From contig CM022672.1 of NCBI GenBank assembly GCA_012295275.1, positions 15,934,001 to 15,998,000 on the forward strand: a stretch of DNA of 64,000 nt, in the 5' to 3' direction. The DNA comes from Chrysomallon squamiferum (Eukaryota; Animalia; Mollusca). This document shows positions 1 to 13,609 of the stretch, piece after piece. Each line of letters opens with the position of its first letter. Positions within the stretch are counted from its first letter, which is position 1. The notes below the pieces were generated by a model, which searched no databases, had not been told where the DNA came from, and saw only the letters and a program-made list of their open reading frames with translations. Both the position numbers and the translations under genes were made by a program.

Positions 1-1327
1 TTTAATCCCCCCCCAAAAAAACCCACACAAAAACAACAACAACAACAACAAATAATAATAATAATAAAAAAAACAACCCCAAAACAAACAACAAATTTAA
101 ACTTTAACTACAAAATTTCAAAAATTTAAATCGTTAACGCAAAACAGATTAAACTGCTCTATTCATAACGATACTCAAAGTCATAATCATCTCTGGTCTT
201 CGAGATTTAGACAATGCAGTCTTTCTCGGCGTTTATCAGACGTTTTTTCAGTCGAAGCAATACGTAATAAAAAATACATGATCTATGGCCGATAATATTA
301 CCAATAAGCAGTGTACTGTAATACGTATCTTGAGATATATCCTTATAGATGGATTATCGGTATGCACATTACATCTAACGTTGTAATTTATTAGATTCCA
401 CAGAACCATTTATCAAAAGAAGTTCCATTATAGATGGATCGGCTTTTTCTTCCTTTCATTGTAGTAAAAATAATACGACTGATTTATCACCTTAGTTGTA
501 CTATGCACTGTCTATCAAATGGAGAACATTTATCCACGATTCGGCTTTCTTTTCTTCTTCATTTTTTTTCTCTCTCTTTCTACTTGCAGTATAAAATATT
601 ACGTATTAGCGCGCTAATAAACAACACGGTCTGCAGTCGTTAAACAGACATACCATTCATTTGTAGAATGATTTGCCGAGATGCAAAAACCATATGTACC
701 CCGCGCTCCGCAGAACTTGCACTCACTGCCTGGGGAACAAAAGCAGTATTACTAATGCTGACATCTTTCTGGGCATTTAATTGTTACTTACGGAACAGCA
801 AACGCGCCAAAAATGTATCTCTGCGCCAGTGCACGTGCTATGGGTGTTTGCGGCTGTGCTGAAATAAATAGTTCTTCTCATTAGACCGTTTGCACTAAGA
901 CATCGTTTTGACCTTTTCAAGAGGTCGAGTTACGAATGGTTATTACATTTGTGGTTTTCATGTAATCTTTCAAATGATTATCTTCCATTTACTAGATATA
1001 AATTTTACATAATAACCAGCACATGGTGACATCATTTTATAGATGTAGTCAATAATAATATTATTTAAAGCACTGTAGGTTTAATGGAATACTATAAGAC
1101 ATTATTAACTGTTAGGTGAATACTTCATGATGAACAGTTAAAGGTGGACGCGTAATTATATGCCAGAACTCAATTTAAAAATTACCTGATCTTCTACACA
1201 CAAATCTACATACATAAATATATGCATGCACGCATGCATACATACACACATATATACATACATACATATACGTACGAACATGCATACATACTTATTTTTA
1301 TAAATTATTTTATAAATAATTCGTTCA

Positions 1328-1590
1328 TAGGGCCTCAAAGAGAAATTTTGCAAGTTGGTACAAGACCCCTTTGGGGCCCCAAGCCAGGCAAAGATTTAAA
1401 AAAAAAAAAATGAGTAGTTGATGATCAATAAATCTACATGTAAACTCTCATAAACGCTTTATTTCCATGATCAGATATGACATAATGTAACAAACATATT
1501 CAATTAATGCACGGTTGCTGTGGGGCTCTTCGTAGCTATTGGGCCCTGGAACAAAGTACCGGCTGGACCTCCCCCCTCTCAGAGGCTATG
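1328..1590. mobile_element. Decayed non-autonomous DNA transposon (hAT-like MITE)
   Basis: Imperfect terminal inverted repeats: TAGGGCCTCAAAGAG versus the reverse-complemented right end CATAGCCTCTGAGAG (10/15). The flanks TTCGTTCA and TACGTACA match 6/8, like an aged 8-bp target-site duplication. GGGCCC motifs are subterminal and there is no transposase. Confidence 0.5.
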
Positions 1591-2961
1591 TACGTACAAA
1601 CACATATTCAAACATAAATGAATTTATCCACACAGTAGATAAATATAAGGACATAATATTATTGACTACATGCATAGCTGAAAGACCATATTAGTATTGC
1701 TCGAAGATTATATATGAGAAAAAAAAAAAAAAATAAAAAAATAAAAATCATATTTTATAAGAGTTGATTCTGGAAGGAATACGAATCCAATGCATAACAG
1801 ATTCTTATCAGTCACGTGGTCGGGTGATCACCATTGAGATAATGAGACTGAAAGGTAAATGTACTGTCAGGCGTAATCACTGTCATAGGACGGAGATCGT
1901 TGTTTTGAGAGTTTAATGTTTTATATGCAGGGTTTGTTTCATAAAATATATTAGTAGGTCGACGGCATTTCATAAACATGGTGGGGACCAAAATGAGCTT
2001 AGTCTTTTAACAGATATATACGATTTTTCCAATAGCAGTAGAAAACAGTTCGTAGCAAACTGTTCAGTAAAACCTCTGCTGATTGGGCGTAGATCTATCT
2101 AAACCGCAGGATTTACCTAACAGTTGCTGTATACATTGTAAATGGCTTTTTATTCATTTATATTATAATTTTGAAACATTAATTTACAGAATAACAAATA
2201 AACTGAGTTTAAATATTAAATAAATTTATATGACAGCGGCTTTTTTTTTTTTTTTTTTTTCTTTGTTGTCATCTGCAGGTGCATACATTGCTATGAAATA
2301 ACATTATTAATGGCTGACTAGCTGATTTAACAAAAAGAACTAACAGACTCCAACTACTATAAATCTACGGCCGATTAAACAAGTCACGTGATCGTCAGAA
2401 TTTAACGGCTACTTCCAGCAGACGACAGCCTTCCACTCTGATATTAACTGAGTGTGATTCTAAATGTTTAAGAGTGCAATTGAAAAACAAACTTGTTATT
2501 AATATATAACATCCATCTGATTCCAAATTGTGAAATAAAATAAAACATAACAATGAAAGAAAAATTATTTTTCAATAAAAAAAAAATAAATAAAATAAAA
2601 AAATCTGGTTAGATGATCTGTTATCAAGTGTTAAAATTTTAATCATGTGCTATTATTAATGTTACAATAGTTGACGCTATTAATTATTTAACGAACAATC
2701 TAAACTTAACAATGTGTAACTGATAACGATGATGATAAAGACAACAAATATAATAAAAGCCACAGTAACTGCATGAAAGCCAAAGCAAACGCCCCAAAAA
2801 AAAAAAAAAAAAAATAAAATAAAAATATGTATAGTGTCATTAATAATAATAAATTAATTAGTTAATAAAAAGTCATAATAATAATAATAATAATAACAAC
2901 AACAACAATAATAATATTATTATTATAAAAACGAAATAAAGTCAAGATGAATGAATAATAA

Positions 2962-2996
<35 letters not shown>

Positions 2997-3609
2997 AATT
3001 TATTCAATTGTTTAATAAAGTGATTATTAAATATTATTCGAAAAAAAAATCATATGATCTACAGTTCACAAGTTGAGCATTTCTTATTATGTACAGATGG
3101 ATCTAAAACAATAAAAGGAAGGAAGAAAACATAAAAATGGAAGAAAGAAAGAATTTGAAAGCAATAATAAGAGAACGAGAAAAAAGGAAGGAAGAAATTA
3201 AAAGAAATAAAGAAATCAAGGAGGAAATTAAAAGCAAGAAAGGAGGAAGTTAAAAAGAAAGATAGAAAAAGAGAAGAGGTAAAAATGAAAGACAGAAACA
3301 AATGAATTAACTGAAACGAAGGAAGAAAACATTAGGGGGTAAAAATAGACAAAAAAAAAAAAAAAAAAAAAAAAATGCAATAAGGAAATAAATACAACAA
3401 AAAAACACCTTAAAATTTTAGGCTGTTTTGAAAAGATGCTAAGCGTGCTGGTGATTTGAAGATATGTTTTAATAAAATATTAAATGTAAGAGGAATTATC
3501 TCGTTCGTAATACGTCCTTGCATTATTAATTAGCAGACGTTTTCTCAATCAGGCAAGCATTAATGAAATATGAACGTCCTATGCTATTATTTGAAGAAAA
3601 AAACTAAAT

Positions 3610-4290
3610 TAATTACTACAACTATAAACTGCTGGGTTTTTTTCTGTTTCTATTACAAATACTGCGTCTTCTGTATGTACTGATATTAGTAAGATAACTG
3701 CTATTACAACGACTACCACAACCACACTACTACTACTGCTACCATTACAACTATCATAGTATTTGATACTGCTACTTCTGTAACAATTATTCCAACTTAC
3801 ATTAACTTTACTGTCACTACTGCTACTACCACCATTATTACCGCTACTACTGCTATTACCAATATTATAAACACTACTGCTACCACTATTACTACTTCTA
3901 CAATAACTACTACAAGAATTACTACTAAAAGTGAAATAATTACTTTTAATATTGCTGTTGCTAATAATACTTCTACTTATAGCACTATATATTACTATTA
4001 GTAGCACTACTTTTAAATATTACTATTTTGACAGAGTAATTATATATATTTCTGTTGCTTATACTACTACAACTAGTTCTGCTACTACTTCTGCTTGTAC
4101 TACTACTCTGCTGATTATTCAACTGGTAGTACAACTATTACAGCTACTTCTGCAAATAAGCTTCCCTAACCTTTTCTTCTGATGTATTTGCAATATTCAT
4201 TAAATATCATCACCATCATGACCATATCGTCATCACCTTTATCATCAGACCTTTATCACAGTCATCATCATCATCATCATCATCATTAAC
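3610..4290. repeat. Degenerate trinucleotide low-complexity tract (TAC/ACT, then CAT)
   Basis: Visible triplet periodicity; it explains the Ser/Asn/Thr-rich ORFs 3609..4007 and 3952..4182. Confidence 0.8.
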
Positions 4291-4609
4291 AAACGGATGC
4301 ATTCCGTGACACGACGTTCCTCACGTAACTTAAATCACTTCACAACTCTTTGCAACACCTGTACGATTTGACCTACATATTTCAGCAGGTAATCATTTAA
4401 ACATGACAGGTAAAAATCTGTTTACTGACTGAACGTTGTCATGTGTTATATAAGTCGAAATTAAATGCGAGTGTTTGTGTCAGACAAGTTTAATATTTGT
4501 TCGCGAAAACATCCATGTTGCGAGAAATCGCGCAGTGAATTATGGGATGTTTCTTCTTCATTTTCTTAAACTGCCCTGTTCATGATATTTCTTTAATTCT
4601 GTTTATATA

Positions 4610-4641
<32 letters not shown>

Positions 4642-6416
4642 AAATAAAAATAAAAATAAAAATAAAAATAAAAATAAAAATAAAAATAAAAATAAAAATA
4701 AAAATAAAAATAAAATAAAATAAATAAATAATAAATCACATGATATATGCTGTTGTGATTGGTAATCTACATATTACAAGGATGTCTTGCTGCAAAGTGG
4801 TAAGAAGATTGCGGGTTTCCTCTTTGCATTAAACGCACGAAAGACATAAATGTGTGGCGATGTAGTTTGATATTCATTCACGTCGTTTGTCAGAAGATGT
4901 AATCATGAAATGCTTGCCTGAACAGTTCTCAAAAAAAAATAACTAGTCTTCCATTTTTACAAACGTAAATATATTTTATTTACTAATTCGGTCATTTGTT
5001 TACTTTTCATTTATTTAATATTTATCTAACTCAGCTCTATACTGATTACTGCAACTGTGATTATTAAAACGTGTTTCTTGTTTCTGTATATAATCGATAG
5101 GGTTTTGTTTGTTTATTGTTGTTTTTCTTTGTTTGTTTTTTTCCATTTTCGAGACTTTAATCTCATTTATCATCAATGTCTTCGTTTTTCTGTAATAGTA
5201 TTACATATTCTTTTCATTCAGCATTTTAATTACACAGTCCCATTATGGTTTTATCATTGTCTTGGACATCTGCTATATTCATTTTTATTCACCATTATTA
5301 TCATTCCACATCCACAATTGCAGTTTTTGTGGTAATGATAATTATTTGGGAATTTTCTATATTATCATCATATAACAACTAGTCTAGGGAAAAAACATCA
5401 CCATCATCATCATCATCGCCATGGTTCAAAAGATACGGAACAGGCATCATCTGAAAAGGTTCAGTTGTTAAAATATGATTGTAGTATAGGGTCTAGTGCA
5501 TTAATCAGAGTAAGCTTTCAAATATGTGAGTCAACGAAAGCGTACTTGAATTCAAAACGAGAACACTATTTTGTAGGCCAATGTTTAACGATCTCTGAGT
5601 AATGTCTAAAAGCACAAAATGTCAGTTAACAAGGATGTAGTAGTTTATACTTGATGAGTTAACTTTGGCATCAGTATACTATTGAAAGCGACAGCAACAG
5701 ACTCGAGCCTTCCATCTTGCAGTTCAGTTTAACTGAGAAAAAGGAGAAGAAGAAGATAAAAAAAACCCCAAAACAAGAATGGACGCGAAAAAAAGAAAGA
5801 AGAAGATGTAGACAGTACATATAAATACATATTAAGAATTACAAACATTCTCATTCCTGCCCACCATCTCAGGAAGGAATATGACGAACGTTTCTTTATT
5901 GAGGATCTTCTTTATTTAGGGTGAAACTAAAGATTGGCAAACCATGGGAGGGTGCACGCGCCTGGTACCCTCGTTTTCGATTCGCATATGCTCGCTGGTT
6001 GTCCACAGAATTGTTTTTCTTTTCTTCTTTTGGCTTCACGCAATGTTTTTTTCCGCTGGCAAACTAATTTTCTGCTCTGTCTACCATCGTTATTATTAAA
6101 AAAAAAAAAAAGAAAAAAGAAAGAAGATGGAAATATCTCAAGTCTTTTACTTCTTTACAAATTGCGAACAACTGCCTGGGTTAGTATAACGCATTGAAAC
6201 TCATGACAATATTTGCCCTTTGACCTCATCGCCTGATCATGATTTAACCTATAACCTTTAAATTTGTATAGCAAGATGTATTCTGTGTCATTAAAGCATG
6301 ACTTGGTTACGATGAAAAGGGCGAATTCGTTTGTGACTGATGAAGACGTATTTAGAAAAGAAAAGTAGAAGAAAAAAAATTCAAAGAGTCGCTCTTCAGT
6401 GATAGATGAAGCAGAG

Positions 6417-6455
<39 letters not shown>

Positions 6456-6608
6456 CAAGTGAGAGAAAGGTATTGTTTATAAGTATATATTTCTCAGTAT
6501 ATAATTTATTTATTTATTTATTTATTATTATTATTATTTTAATTTGTTTCGCTATTGAATATAACAGTCAATGTATTCGTGGACGCCTTCCAACTTAAAA
6601 AATTGTTT

Positions 6609-6611
<3 letters not shown>

Positions 6612-6694
<83 letters not shown>
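6612..6694. repeat. (CT)n microsatellite
   Basis: Perfect dinucleotide run. Confidence 0.97.
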
Positions 6695-6698
<4 letters not shown>

Positions 6699-7062
6699 AT
6701 ATTTGTGCGTGTGTGTGCATATGTGTATGTGTGTGCAGGTTTGTCCAGTGTGAATTATCGAGTAATGTGAGACTCAAGACGCTATGAGTTGAGAAATGTT
6801 AATCGAAATCTTCAGACCTTCTCTCCAGGTTTCATTTCAGCCGGTAATCCATATTACCTTGGACCACTAACAATTACTTCTCATTTACACAAAGCTTTGT
6901 GTTGAAGGAAAATCCTTTGATCACAGGTAAATCATTTAGAAGGATTGTCTGTTGTAATAGAACTCCTATGATGAGAGTGCCGATAATTATAGATATTTCA
7001 ACAAAAAAAAATAATAATAATAAAAAAAATAAAAATAAAAATAAAAAAAAATAATAAAAATA

Positions 7063-7116
<54 letters not shown>

Positions 7117-7419
7117 ATACATAACTACATAAATAAATTAAATAAATAAAATGTTATTTTAAAAATTGGAAACGATTTAATAACGAAAAAGAAAGAAAGA
7201 AGATCTTGAATTTGTAAATTATTGTAAATAGTAGGGGTTTTTTTTCCTGACAAACATGCAATTTATATAATTTTATTTTTTGATTTTTGAATTTAAAAAA
7301 AAAAAGAAGATATTTTCTCTATATACACACACACATATATATATCAGAATAAGTCAGAGTGTACCTCAGATATGGATCAATACTACACTTTAATAATAAT
7401 AATAATAATGTTAATAATA

Positions 7420-7471
<52 letters not shown>

Positions 7472-7959
7472 TTGATGATGATAATAATAATAATGTAAAT
7501 AAATAAATAATTAATTCTTACAAAGGCTTATATACCGTTTAACGGTATTAAGTATCGGGCCTTGATATTTCAAAATATAGATTTTTTTATACTGGTATAT
7601 CTAAATAAATTTGTCTGTTATAGTTATACGTACTAACGTAAAATTGGTAATGAAGTTAGCGTAACAATAACAAAGCACTAAATAAATATTATTTTAGAAA
7701 ACATGTTAACAGAATAAGAAATTGTATTCCCAGCATCTATCACAGACAATTTTACTGTTTACGGTTAAACATTTCTTGAAGTTTTGTCTGCGTGGAGGTT
7801 GGGGGTATAATTATCCTTGGGTTAGATCAAATAGATAGACGCTGATCACTATCTGAAGAATTCGTGACCACAGAGAGGACACCCCACGTTTTAACAAAGG
7901 TTCCTCCCTGACCACATAATTTAAAACCAGTAGGGTACACTTCTTTTGTCGCCGCTTGT

Positions 7960-9730
7960 CGAGAATTAATTTTTTCAGGAAGTCTCGCTAAGCAAATACC
8001 AAGGTGCGTGGCTAAGCAACAAAATACGCGCGAGATGGCTAAGAATCGCTAAACGAGAAATTCATACAGCGCGAGATTATGAATGGCTTCTGCTTCACGA
8101 CGCTGTAGGAGGGCGAACGACGTGGAAATCCAAACAGAGGGACAGAGGACGTCATGATTTCGGCTTTGTCCAGCCGTTAATAAATGAATAAGAGTTGTAT
8201 TTATACAGTACAATATGGCTTCTTGTTGACTTTTGCCACGTTATTTTGTCTTTTGTGTTTGACGTTTTCGGAAAGCATCGTAAAGGCTGCGAAAATTTAC
8301 GAGAACAAGTAAACGAGGGGAAAAAAAAATTAATAATAATAAAATGAATATTTGACACGTTAATAAATCAGTACACTTACGTACTTGTCTGCCAGCAGAA
8401 AAAGTGAAAATAATAAGAAAAAAAATATTAGTCTTTAATGGTTAAAAAGAATTTGATTTTATATATATATATAAAAACTCATACATATATTAAGTTGTCG
8501 CAAAATATAATATATATTAAAATTAACTGCTGACGAAGTTTAATGTATATTTAAATTACACTCTCTGGCTTGACTTTACATTAAAATTTATATGATCGAT
8601 TTCGTTTGATTATGAACATTAATATTTTAAAAAAAAATTATATATTTTTCTTCTGATTATTTTTATTTAAAGTGTCGATGTTTGCAAAATTTTAGCGAAC
8701 AATAGCAATGATTTACTGAAGCGTGGATTCTTGTCAAAAGAACTATTCATTCCATTTTTATTTCTAAAGTGAATAAATTACAACGACTTCGTGTCGGGAC
8801 AGGTAAGCCGCCAGCTCCTACATAATTAACAAATCTAGCTGAAGCCTATTTCGGTGTCGGCTACTTGATATGAAATCTTTATCGCAACAATGAGGAAAAT
8901 AGATCGATTCTTTCAAATTTCTGATGGAAAAAGCGTTAAATAAACTGCTAGTTATTTCCATTAAAGTCTGACGGTGAAATGTTTTCTCAGTAAGAAATTA
9001 AACATATTGAAGTTTCGCATTGTTGGTCTCGAGATTAATCATTCTCGATTTCGCGTTCCTGCTTGAGTCGAACAAACAGCTTATGTGTTAAAGTCTATGA
9101 ACATTTTCAAAATAAATTACATGACAGATTCATTGCGGCAAATATACGCACATCGACATTCATATTATACATAGGCAGTATTATTACAAGTACTAGATAT
9201 AGAATAGTTATAGCTAGGATTTATAGCCTGCAAATACTTTTGCTTATATAAATCTGATATTTCAGAAACAAAAATCATATTAATGTTGATACTGTTGTTG
9301 TTTTTAAAGATTTTGTCACTTTCTGCTTCTTCTGTATTCAATAAAGTTAAACTCAAATAATTCACAAATGACAAACTGTTCAACAACAAGCATTACGATA
9401 GGCCTAAAAATAGTAACTTTAAATTGCCCAATCGTATGTAAATTCCACCATTTTGCAACAGCACCAGGATTTCACCAGAAAAGGCCGGCAACTTTGATTA
9501 ATAATTTCGAGATGCGGCGCGTGACATGACGTAACGTTCGATCATGTCACGTTTTTAATCTAGCAGACGATGGCTAAATCAGTATTAGAAATGTATTATT
9601 AAGCAGCCATTACAAGAAGAATTTCAACGATTTTTTTGTTCTTCCTCTAAAAGCTCGATGAACAAGTATTACATCTGCCTAGAAAAATCATCGAATCCTA
9701 TTGTGTCGTTAATGGCGGTAACCATGCGTA
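7960..9730. promoter_or_regulatory. CpG-retaining promoter/enhancer-like region
   Basis: Dense CpG, an X-box-like GTGGCTAAGCAAC (8008-8020), GCGCGAGAT twice, a palindrome (9520-9551), a YY1-like AATGGCGG (9711-9718) and a strong plus-strand donor CAG|GTAAGC (8802/8803). Confidence 0.4.
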
Positions 9731-9852
9731 TAGTCTAGAAACTACAACACATCTTTTATTTCAATTGAACATGACATTTTATCAATATTTATCTGTCCGC
9801 TATTGTTTATTTTAACAAACTATTTTCTACACATCTTGGTACCAATAAATAT

Positions 9853-9864
9853 AATAATAATAAT

Positions 9865-9943
<79 letters not shown>

Positions 9944-9959
9944 TAGTTAATCGATACAA

Positions 9960-10016
<57 letters not shown>
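9853..10016. repeat. Compound microsatellite (AAT)n(AAC)n(AAT)n, then (TA)n
   Basis: Directly visible; it sits at the CpG-content boundary. Confidence 0.95.
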
Positions 10017-10020
<4 letters not shown>

Positions 10021-12301
10021 TTCGAACAAACGTACATGCATAAGCACGCACACATATAAACATATAACAATAAACTATAAAAATAATAAATCATTAATGG
10101 TTAAAAAAAAAATAAAAAAAAAAAAAAAATACAGATGAAGAAAAAACCCTAAATAAAAGCTTGTATTCAAAACCAGTAAACAATTATAAACATTTTTTTT
10201 ACTGTTCATTTTCTTTTTCTTTTCAATATCTTATCAACAACAAAAATATTTACCAAGAAGAAAACAAAAACTTGATTCTCAAAAAATAAGTAATGTTTAA
10301 ATAAATAATATTGTTGTTTTTTTTTGTTTGTTTTTTTTTTTTGTTTTAGTTAAATGGTGAACATGAAGCACTATGACATTTTTAAATTTCATTTTTTTTT
10401 GTAATTAATAACATACACGTTTATGACTGCTTCAGATATTGGATCACATCAATAAAAGACACCCCAGGTATCAATCGACTTTGGATGCTTGTGTCAATAT
10501 TTTACATGGATTTTTCATTAACAGAATCACACCCCAATTCTTTTAAAACACATGGCTCAGTGATGTGTGAAAAATACTACAGTCCAGACAACTAATTCAC
10601 ATTAAGCCGACCACAGTGGTCGGTCACTAAATCATTAAAATGAGAGGTTTGACACAGAACAGCACTTACAAACACCTTTCCTGCCATTTCTGGACACCCC
10701 CAGACACAAAACAACATATTAGTTATTGTATGGCTCAAATATAATGTATGCTAGAAAGATAATGAGTTCTAAAAATGTTAAACAGGGTTTGTGAGGTGGT
10801 AACCTTCATGAAACTGGATGCAATGATTTTTTTCCATCTCATGCCACAGTGATCTGCCAGTAAAAGACAGACAGTGCTCATCAAAGCTTGCAGAATACTC
10901 ATCGATGCTTTGTAACATATTGGTTTAGAATTCCTGAAGTAAATTATAAAAAGGTTAAACAGGAAATCCTTTGGGAAACTGGATGTAGATTCTCTAGAGA
11001 CTGGGTCCATTATGAATATTCCTGAACCTGTTTAGTTAGTTTAAGGCAGGTTAATAACTGAGTTAGTTCCTACCGAGTAATGTGGAACAAGAACATTTAT
11101 AAAAACAGTAGAACCATGCTCATCAAATCAGGAATAAGCTAGCACTGAAAAATGAGTTTGAGATTTTAAATGAAAATTCTACATAAATAATATGCCTAAT
11201 AAATAAATAAATAAAAATTTCATAATTTAAAATATAAAAAAATCATGAATCTCTAATGATAAAGATGCTTTTGAAGCGTTTTTTTTGGAAACTCCAGACT
11301 AAACAATTCAGAGACGTTTTCTTAGAATTTTCTTTCAGTACTGATATACACCTAGATGTATCTTTGCATTATTAAATACACTTTGCAGAGCCAATAAACA
11401 TTATTTAAACTTCACAATTTAAAATACAGAGCAGACCAGTGTTAGATTCAAATGTTATTTTGTTTAAATAATATATATAACAACTTTAATGGCTTTTTAT
11501 TTATTTTTATTATTTCTTACACAAGTTTTTTTTTATAAAGTAATTTATTAATATTATTTTTATTTTTTATACAAATTTTTTTATAAAGTATTTTATTAAT
11601 ATTATTTTTATTTTATTTAATTTGAATACTTATTTTTCAGATCAAACTATATTTCCACCTGATCAAAATTAAGCAATAATTTTACTAAAACTTCCATTAG
11701 TTAACAGAGAACATTACAAATTTTTCTTCATTTTAGACTGTATCAGTGATAAATCATTTTCAGTGGTTTCGTTTTTAATATTATTTTACAAAAGTTTATT
11801 TATAGTACAAAACATTATATATCCTCTTACAGTATTATATTTCACTTTATTGCCTTTTTTGTGTGTGTGTGTCTGCAAGTTAATGAGACAAAGAATCTAA
11901 ATTATGTCATTTATAATACAATTATTAGGCAGGTATTATTTCACTTCCATTAAAAAAATAATAACAAATAAAAAATAGAAAATAACAAAAGACAAAACAC
12001 AGAAGTAGGAATAGTCTGTTTATTCATCTCCAAAACCTTCAAATCTTACAGTCACACATAGAATTATAATCAGTCAATCCAATCCAGAAAGCTGATACAG
12101 GCCAGCAAATCAACCAATCAGATTGATTTGTCTAGTCATTAATGCACCAATTCCACCAATAAGGAGTGACAATTTGTAGTAAACTAATACGTTATCTGAT
12201 GACACAAAATTAATAACGAATAATAAAACTGTAAAACAAAACTGTAGAAGAAGATAAGACAGATGAACAGTTACAATATAGAAAAAGCTAAGGTATGCTG
12301 G

Positions 12302-12346
<45 letters not shown>

Positions 12347-13609
12347 GGTATTTGTTTTCTTCTATATAATTTTTTCTTCTTCTCTTTTTAATTTGGCTTC
12401 TATCTATCTTACTAATAAATATTGCAACTGCTATCATCTTTCTCTTCCTTCTTCTCAACTCCTTGAAGCTGGAGATTAAAACTGACAACCATAGATACAA
12501 TGCCATTTATACTATTATATTATTATTATTAATAATAAAAATATAGAACTATTTTTACAGTTGCCATCGCTTTTTATTAAACTTTTTATTAAAAGATTAA
12601 TCATTGCTAGATTTCTTCATTACATACAGGTTTAAAAAAAAAGATAAATAAAAAAAGAATATTCAACAAAATTATAATAATAAATGACAACCTGTAAATT
12701 ACACAAGCAACTAAAACAAAGCAAAAACAAAAGAAAGAGAGACCTGCCGTGATGCCTAACATCAAAACAGGAGGAAATTACAACATCATTTCTGCTATGG
12801 AGAAGAATGACGTTCTGAAATGTTGTATGAATTCAAATTGTCGGATAACAAAACAGTTCTGCCATTAACAATAAAAAGGATTTCATTTCAACACTGAAGA
12901 CGTATATAAGTATTTACATGACACATTTAAGACACTACCTACAGAAATTTGCATAGGTTCTATAAAAATCTTTAAGACATCTACAGGTTTCACAAAAGTA
13001 CACTTAGAATATGGCACAGCTTCTGCTTCGTTGCTCTGATCATGCAGAGATCTTTTAACCATTCACAGACAGCAGAAATCAAAATCAAACCCTTTATTTC
13101 CAAACAAAAATTTACTTTTCTTAATAAAAGTAATTTTCTTTTTCTTTTTAATCATAAATAGAATATAAATTGAATGGGAAATTTGCTTATTACCATAATT
13201 TTTTTTATAAACTGGCAAAAAAAAAATAAAAATAAAAAAATAAATAAATAAATAAATAAAATAAAGTAAATAAATAAATAAAATAATAATAATAATTTAA
13301 TTATATAAATTAATTAAAATTTAATATTTCAAATGTAACTAATAAATAAAACAGGTGGAATAAACATTTACATATTTGAAATGCAAAACTTAATGTTTAG
13401 TGCTAAAAAAAAAAAAAAAAAAAAAAAAAGAAAAGAAAGAAAAACTGACATAAATTATCATATTAATTTATCTTGTGGTAAAAAAACAAAGAAAAAGAAG
13501 TTACAAGTACACTGAACTAAAATATTCAGACTTGGAAAAATCTTGAAGAAGTTTTGTCTTTATTTATTTATTATTATTTTTGTATCACTCTCTGCCCTAT
13601 CTTTACTCA

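Noticed and set aside
3609-4182. 132-aa Ser-rich and 76-aa Thr-rich ORFs
   Set aside because: Products of degenerate trinucleotide repeats.
5945-5990. GC-rich stretch resembling a MITE terminus
   Set aside because: No matching opposite terminus or TSD could be found.
10875-10897. GCTCATCAAAGCT, complementary to the 3' half of miR-2 family microRNAs as I recall the sequence
   Set aside because: The seed region does not match and there is no precursor hairpin; likely chance.
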